Below are positions 60,529 to 63,651 of a stretch of 63,651 nucleotides of DNA, one piece after another. A model generated the notes under the pieces. It was not told the DNA's origin and ran no database searches. It saw nothing but the letters and a program-made list of their open reading frames with translations. The translations under genes and the position numbers were made by a program. The stretch is from an uncultured Rhodobacterales bacterium (GTDB lineage: Bacteria; Pseudomonadota; Alphaproteobacteria; Rhodobacterales; Rhodobacteraceae). The stretch's first letter is position 1. Each line of letters starts with the position of its first letter. Where the stretch lies: NCBI GenBank assembly GCA_964448765.1, contig CAYUXM010000001.1:1-63651 (forward strand), in the 5' to 3' direction.

Positions 60529-61692
60529 ATGGCGGCGGGCGGTTCTTCGAGGCAGGCGGCGGGGCTTTTCGTGGCCTCGCGCGGGCCGTTGTTCGCCTTC
60601 ATGGCGATGGGGGTGCTGTGGGGCAGTTTCGCCGCGCTCGTGCCGGACACCAAGGCGATGCTGGGCGTCGACGATGCCGCCTGGGGGCTCTTGCTGCTGT
60701 GTTCGGCCAGCGGCGGGATCGTGGCGATGCTGGCCGCACCGCGGATCGGGGCGCGGCTGGGCGGCTGGGGCGTGCCGGTGGCGACCGGCTGTCTGGCGCT
60801 GGCCTTTGCGCTGCCGGGGCACATGGGGGCGGTCTGGGCCTTCGGCCTGGCGATGGTGTTCGTCGGCCTCGGCTCGGGCCTGCTCGACGTGCTGATGAAC
60901 GCGCGGGTCAGCGCGATCGAAAGCGAACGGGGCCTGCACCTGATGAACCTCAACCACGGCTTCTACTCGCTCGCCTATGCCGCGGGGGCGGGGGCGACGG
61001 GGCTGGCGCGCGGCGCCGGGGCCGGGCCGGCGGAGGTGTTCACCGTCGCCGCGGCGCTGATCGGCCTGATGGCGCTGGCCACGATCGAGCCGGGCGGGCG
61101 GCTGGGCCGGCTGCGGCCCCGCGCCGGCGACAGGGCGGCGGCGCTGGGCCTGGTGCCGGTGCTGGGCGGGCTGGTGATCTTCGTGGCCTTCCTCGCCGAG
61201 AACGCGGCCGAGGTCTGGTCGGCCCTGCATATCGAGCGCAGCCTCGGCGGCAGCCCGGGGCAGGGCAGTTCCGGCCCGGCGCTGCTGGGCCTGACGATGG
61301 CGGCGGGGCGGCTGGCCGGGCAGGCGGTGGTGCAGCGGCTGCCGGAGGCGCGGTTGCTGACCGGCGGCCTGCTTCTGGCGGCGGCGGGCGCGGCGCTGGC
61401 GGCGCTGGCGACCGTGCCGCTGGCCGCGCAGGCCGGCTTCGTGGTGCTGGGCCTCGGCGTGTCGGTGGTGGCGCCGGTGGCCTTCGCGCTGGTCGGACGG
61501 CTGGCGACGGAAGAGACGCGGGCGCGGGCCATCGCGCGCGCCTCGGTGCTGGGCTACATGGGCTTCTTCATCGGCCCGCCGGCGCTGGGCGCGCTGGCCG
61601 ACCTGTTCGGGCTGCGCGCCTCGTTCCTCGCCATCGCGGCGCTGCTGGTGGTCAGCCTGCCGCTGGTCGCGCCGTTGCTGCGCCGCCGCTGA
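60529..61692 (+). CDS. MFS transporter
   Basis: 387 aa, about 12 hydrophobic helices with two-fold MFS-like organisation. Confidence 0.8.
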   Translation: MAAGGSSRQAAGLFVASRGPLFAFMAMGVLWGSFAALVPDTKAMLGVDDAAWGLLLLCSASGGIVAMLAAPRIGARLGGWGVPVATGCLALAFALPGHMGAVWAFGLAMVFVGLGSGLLDVLMNARVSAIESERGLHLMNLNHGFYSLAYAAGAGATGLARGAGAGPAEVFTVAAALIGLMALATIEPGGRLGRLRPRAGDRAAALGLVPVLGGLVIFVAFLAENAAEVWSALHIERSLGGSPGQGSSGPALLGLTMAAGRLAGQAVVQRLPEARLLTGGLLLAAAGAALAALATVPLAAQAGFVVLGLGVSVVAPVAFALVGRLATEETRARAIARASVLGYMGFFIGPPALGALADLFGLRASFLAIAALLVVSLPLVAPLLRRR

Positions 61693-61720
61693 CGGGCGAT
61701 CGTTCGGCGACCGATCGCGG

Positions 61721-62884
61721 CTATTGCCAGCGGGTGGTGAAATCCTCGGGCAGAAGCAGGTTGTGGCGGCCGAGATCGGCGACGTCGCGTTCGCCGCAAA
61801 GCGCCATCGTGATGTCCAGTTCGCGGTGGATCACCTCCAGCGCCTTGGTCACCCCGGCCTCGCCCATCGCGCCCAGCCCGTAGACGAAGGCGCGGCCGAT
61901 ATAGGTGCCCCTGGCCCCCAGCGCGAGCGCCTTGAGCACGTCCTGTCCCGAGCGGATGCCGCCGTCGAACTGCACCTCGATCCTGTCGCCCACCGCCTCG
62001 ACGATCGGCCCCAGCATCCGGATCGCCGAGAGGGCGCCATCGAGTTGTCGGCCGCCGTGGTTCGACACGATGATCGCGTCGGCGCCGAAATCGGCCGCCA
62101 TCTTCGCATCCTCGACATCGAGGATGCCCTTGAGGATGAACTTGCCGCCCCACTTGTCGCGCAGCCGCGCCACCTTGGACCAGTCGAGCTGCGGATCGAA
62201 CTGCTCGTTCGTCCACGAGGCGAGCGAACTCATGTCGCCCACGCCCTTGGCATGGCCGACGATGTTGCCGAAGTCGCGCCGCCGGGTGCCCAGCATCTGC
62301 ATCCCCCAGCGCCACTTGGTGGCGAGGTCGGCCATCACCGGAAGGGTCAGTTTCGGCGGGGCCGAAAGGCCGTTCTTGAGATCCTTGTGGCGCTGGCCGA
62401 GGATCTGCAGATCGAGCGTGAGCACCAGCGCCGAGCAGCCCACCGCCTTCGCGCGGTCGATGATCCCGTCGACGAATTCCTCGTCGCGCATCACGTAAAG
62501 CTGGAACCAGAACGGCTTGGTCACATGCGCGGCCACGTCCTCGATCGAGCAGATCGACATCGTCGACAGCGTGAACGGCACGCCGAATCTCTCGGCCGCG
62601 CGGGCGGCCTTGATCTCGCCATCGGCCGATTGCATGCCGGTCATGCCGACGGGGGCGAGGGCGACGGGCATCGCCACCTCCTCGCCCGCCATCCGGCCCA
62701 CGGTGCTGCGCCCCGACATGTCGACAGCGACGCGCTGGCGCAGCCGGATGTCGGCGAAATCGCCGGTATTGTCGCGGAACGTCTGTTCCGTCCAGCTGCC
62801 GGTTTCCGCGTAATCGTAGAACATCTTCGGCACGCGGCGCTTGTAGAGGCGCTTGAGATCGTCGATGCAGGTGATCACGGGCAT
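61721..62884 (-). CDS. lldD: FMN-dependent alpha-hydroxy-acid dehydrogenase (L-lactate dehydrogenase-like)
   Basis: [31 protein letters not shown]...SNHGGRQLD...[10 protein letters not shown]. Confidence 0.88.
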   Translation of the reverse strand: MPVITCIDDLKRLYKRRVPKMFYDYAETGSWTEQTFRDNTGDFADIRLRQRVAVDMSGRSTVGRMAGEEVAMPVALAPVGMTGMQSADGEIKAARAAERFGVPFTLSTMSICSIEDVAAHVTKPFWFQLYVMRDEEFVDGIIDRAKAVGCSALVLTLDLQILGQRHKDLKNGLSAPPKLTLPVMADLATKWRWGMQMLGTRRRDFGNIVGHAKGVGDMSSLASWTNEQFDPQLDWSKVARLRDKWGGKFILKGILDVEDAKMAADFGADAIIVSNHGGRQLDGALSAIRMLGPIVEAVGDRIEVQFDGGIRSGQDVLKALALGARGTYIGRAFVYGLGAMGEAGVTKALEVIHRELDITMALCGERDVADLGRHNLLLPEDFTTRWQ

Positions 62885-62954
62885 GGCGCTGATCCTCGGG
62901 ATTGGTAAACCGGGATTACCGGTTGACCCGGCGCTTGGCAATGACGGTGAGGGC

Positions 62955-63651
62955 ATGCAGGCGATCCTCTGGGGCGGTTTGGGCAGTCTCGCGGCCGGGC
63001 TGATGACCGGGGTCGGGGCGCTGCCGGTGCTGTTCGGGCGCGAGGTCGCGGTGCGGCGGGCCGACCTGATGCTGGGCTTCGCGGCCGGCGTGATGCTGAC
63101 CGCCTCGTTCTTCTCGCTGATCCTGCCCGCGATCGAGACGGTGGAGGCGCGCGGCGGCACCGTGCTTCGGGCCGCGCTGGTGGCCTCGGCGGGAATCGCG
63201 CTGGGCACGGTCTTCGTGGCCTGGCTGAACCGGGTGCTGCCGCACGAGCATTTCGAGGCCGGCCGCGAGGGCGCCGATCCCGGCGCGCTGGCGCGGATCT
63301 GGCTGTTCGTTCTTGCGATCACGATCCACAACCTGCCCGAGGGCATGGCGGTCGGCGTCGGCTTCGGCAGCGGCGATTTCGGCAACGGGTTGACGCTGGC
63401 GATCGGCATCGGGCTGCAGAACGCGCCGGAGGGGCTGGCGGTGGCGGTCGCGCTGGTCGGCATCGGCTACGCGCCGCTGCGGGCCTTCCTCGTGGCGCTG
63501 CTGACCGGTCTGGTGGAACCGCTGGGCGGGCTGGCCGGGGCGGCGGCGGTGCATCTTGTCCAGCCGCTTCTGCCCTGGGGGCTGGCCTTCGCCGCCGGCG
63601 CGATGCTTTACGTCATCAGCCACGAGATCATCCCCGAAACCCATCGCCACG
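62955..63651 (+). CDS. ZIP family divalent-metal transporter (ZupT-like). 3' end lies beyond the window edge.
   Basis: Manual translation from the ATG at 62955 gives MQAILWGGLGSLAAGLMTGVGALP...LAITIHNLPEGMAVGVGF...GIGLQNAPEGLAVA...YVISHEIIPETHRH. It is absent from the ORF track because it has no stop codon in the window. Confidence 0.85.
   Translation, partial: MQAILWGGLGSLAAGLMTGVGALPVLFGREVAVRRADLMLGFAAGVMLTASFFSLILPAIETVEARGGTVLRAALVASAGIALGTVFVAWLNRVLPHEHFEAGREGADPGALARIWLFVLAITIHNLPEGMAVGVGFGSGDFGNGLTLAIGIGLQNAPEGLAVAVALVGIGYAPLRAFLVALLTGLVEPLGGLAGAAAVHLVQPLLPWGLAFAAGAMLYVISHEIIPETHRH

Overview
This is a high-GC chromosomal segment, roughly two-thirds G+C by eye. Its gene content looks alphaproteobacterial and Rhodobacterales-like: GcrA, a Hint-domain protein, a VPLPA-CTERM-type sorting tail, PCu(A)C and DUF6455-like proteins. 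I can support about 65 protein-coding genes, and they are densely packed. Several pairs share 4-nt start/stop overlaps, and several convergent pairs have almost no spacer.

Most of the window is housekeeping:
- Translation: rpmB, aspS, rimO, rpsA, pth, rplY.
- Pyrimidine and arginine metabolism: carB, argD, argF, cmk.
- A tightly coupled nucleoside salvage operon: cdd-deoA-deoB-add-upp.
- C1 and central metabolism: glyA, maeB, nadK, lldD.
- Propionate and methylmalonyl metabolism: prpE-like, meaB, mce.
- Also ihfB, trpF, trpB, gcrA and hrpB.

I found no tRNA, rRNA, CRISPR array, transposase or integrase.

The regions that are not ordinary are:
1. At 54.5-56.8 kb there are two adjacent secreted PepSY-like paralogs. 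Each ends in a roughly 80-residue tail built almost only of Asp and Arg. A membrane-anchored LuxR-type regulator follows them, and a GTTTATGG repeat/inverted-repeat motif precedes them.
2. A soluble, apparently degenerate hybrid kinase/receiver/HPt protein is translationally coupled to a LuxO-like sigma-54 activator (25.2-28.0 kb).
3. A 45-70 bp REP/MITE-like intergenic element occurs three times, each copy 10-21 nt after a stop codon.
4. A truncated beta-class DNA methyltransferase sits at the left edge, and its central variable region is clearly lower in GC.
5. A metal-flavoured corner contains PCu(A)C with a Met/His tail and a His/Met/Cys-rich VPLPA-CTERM protein.
6. The pth-DUF2332-CDGSH-DUF2237 operon has a repeat-bearing Pth C-terminal extension.

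All family assignments come from reading the translations and from memory of the families. No database search was run.
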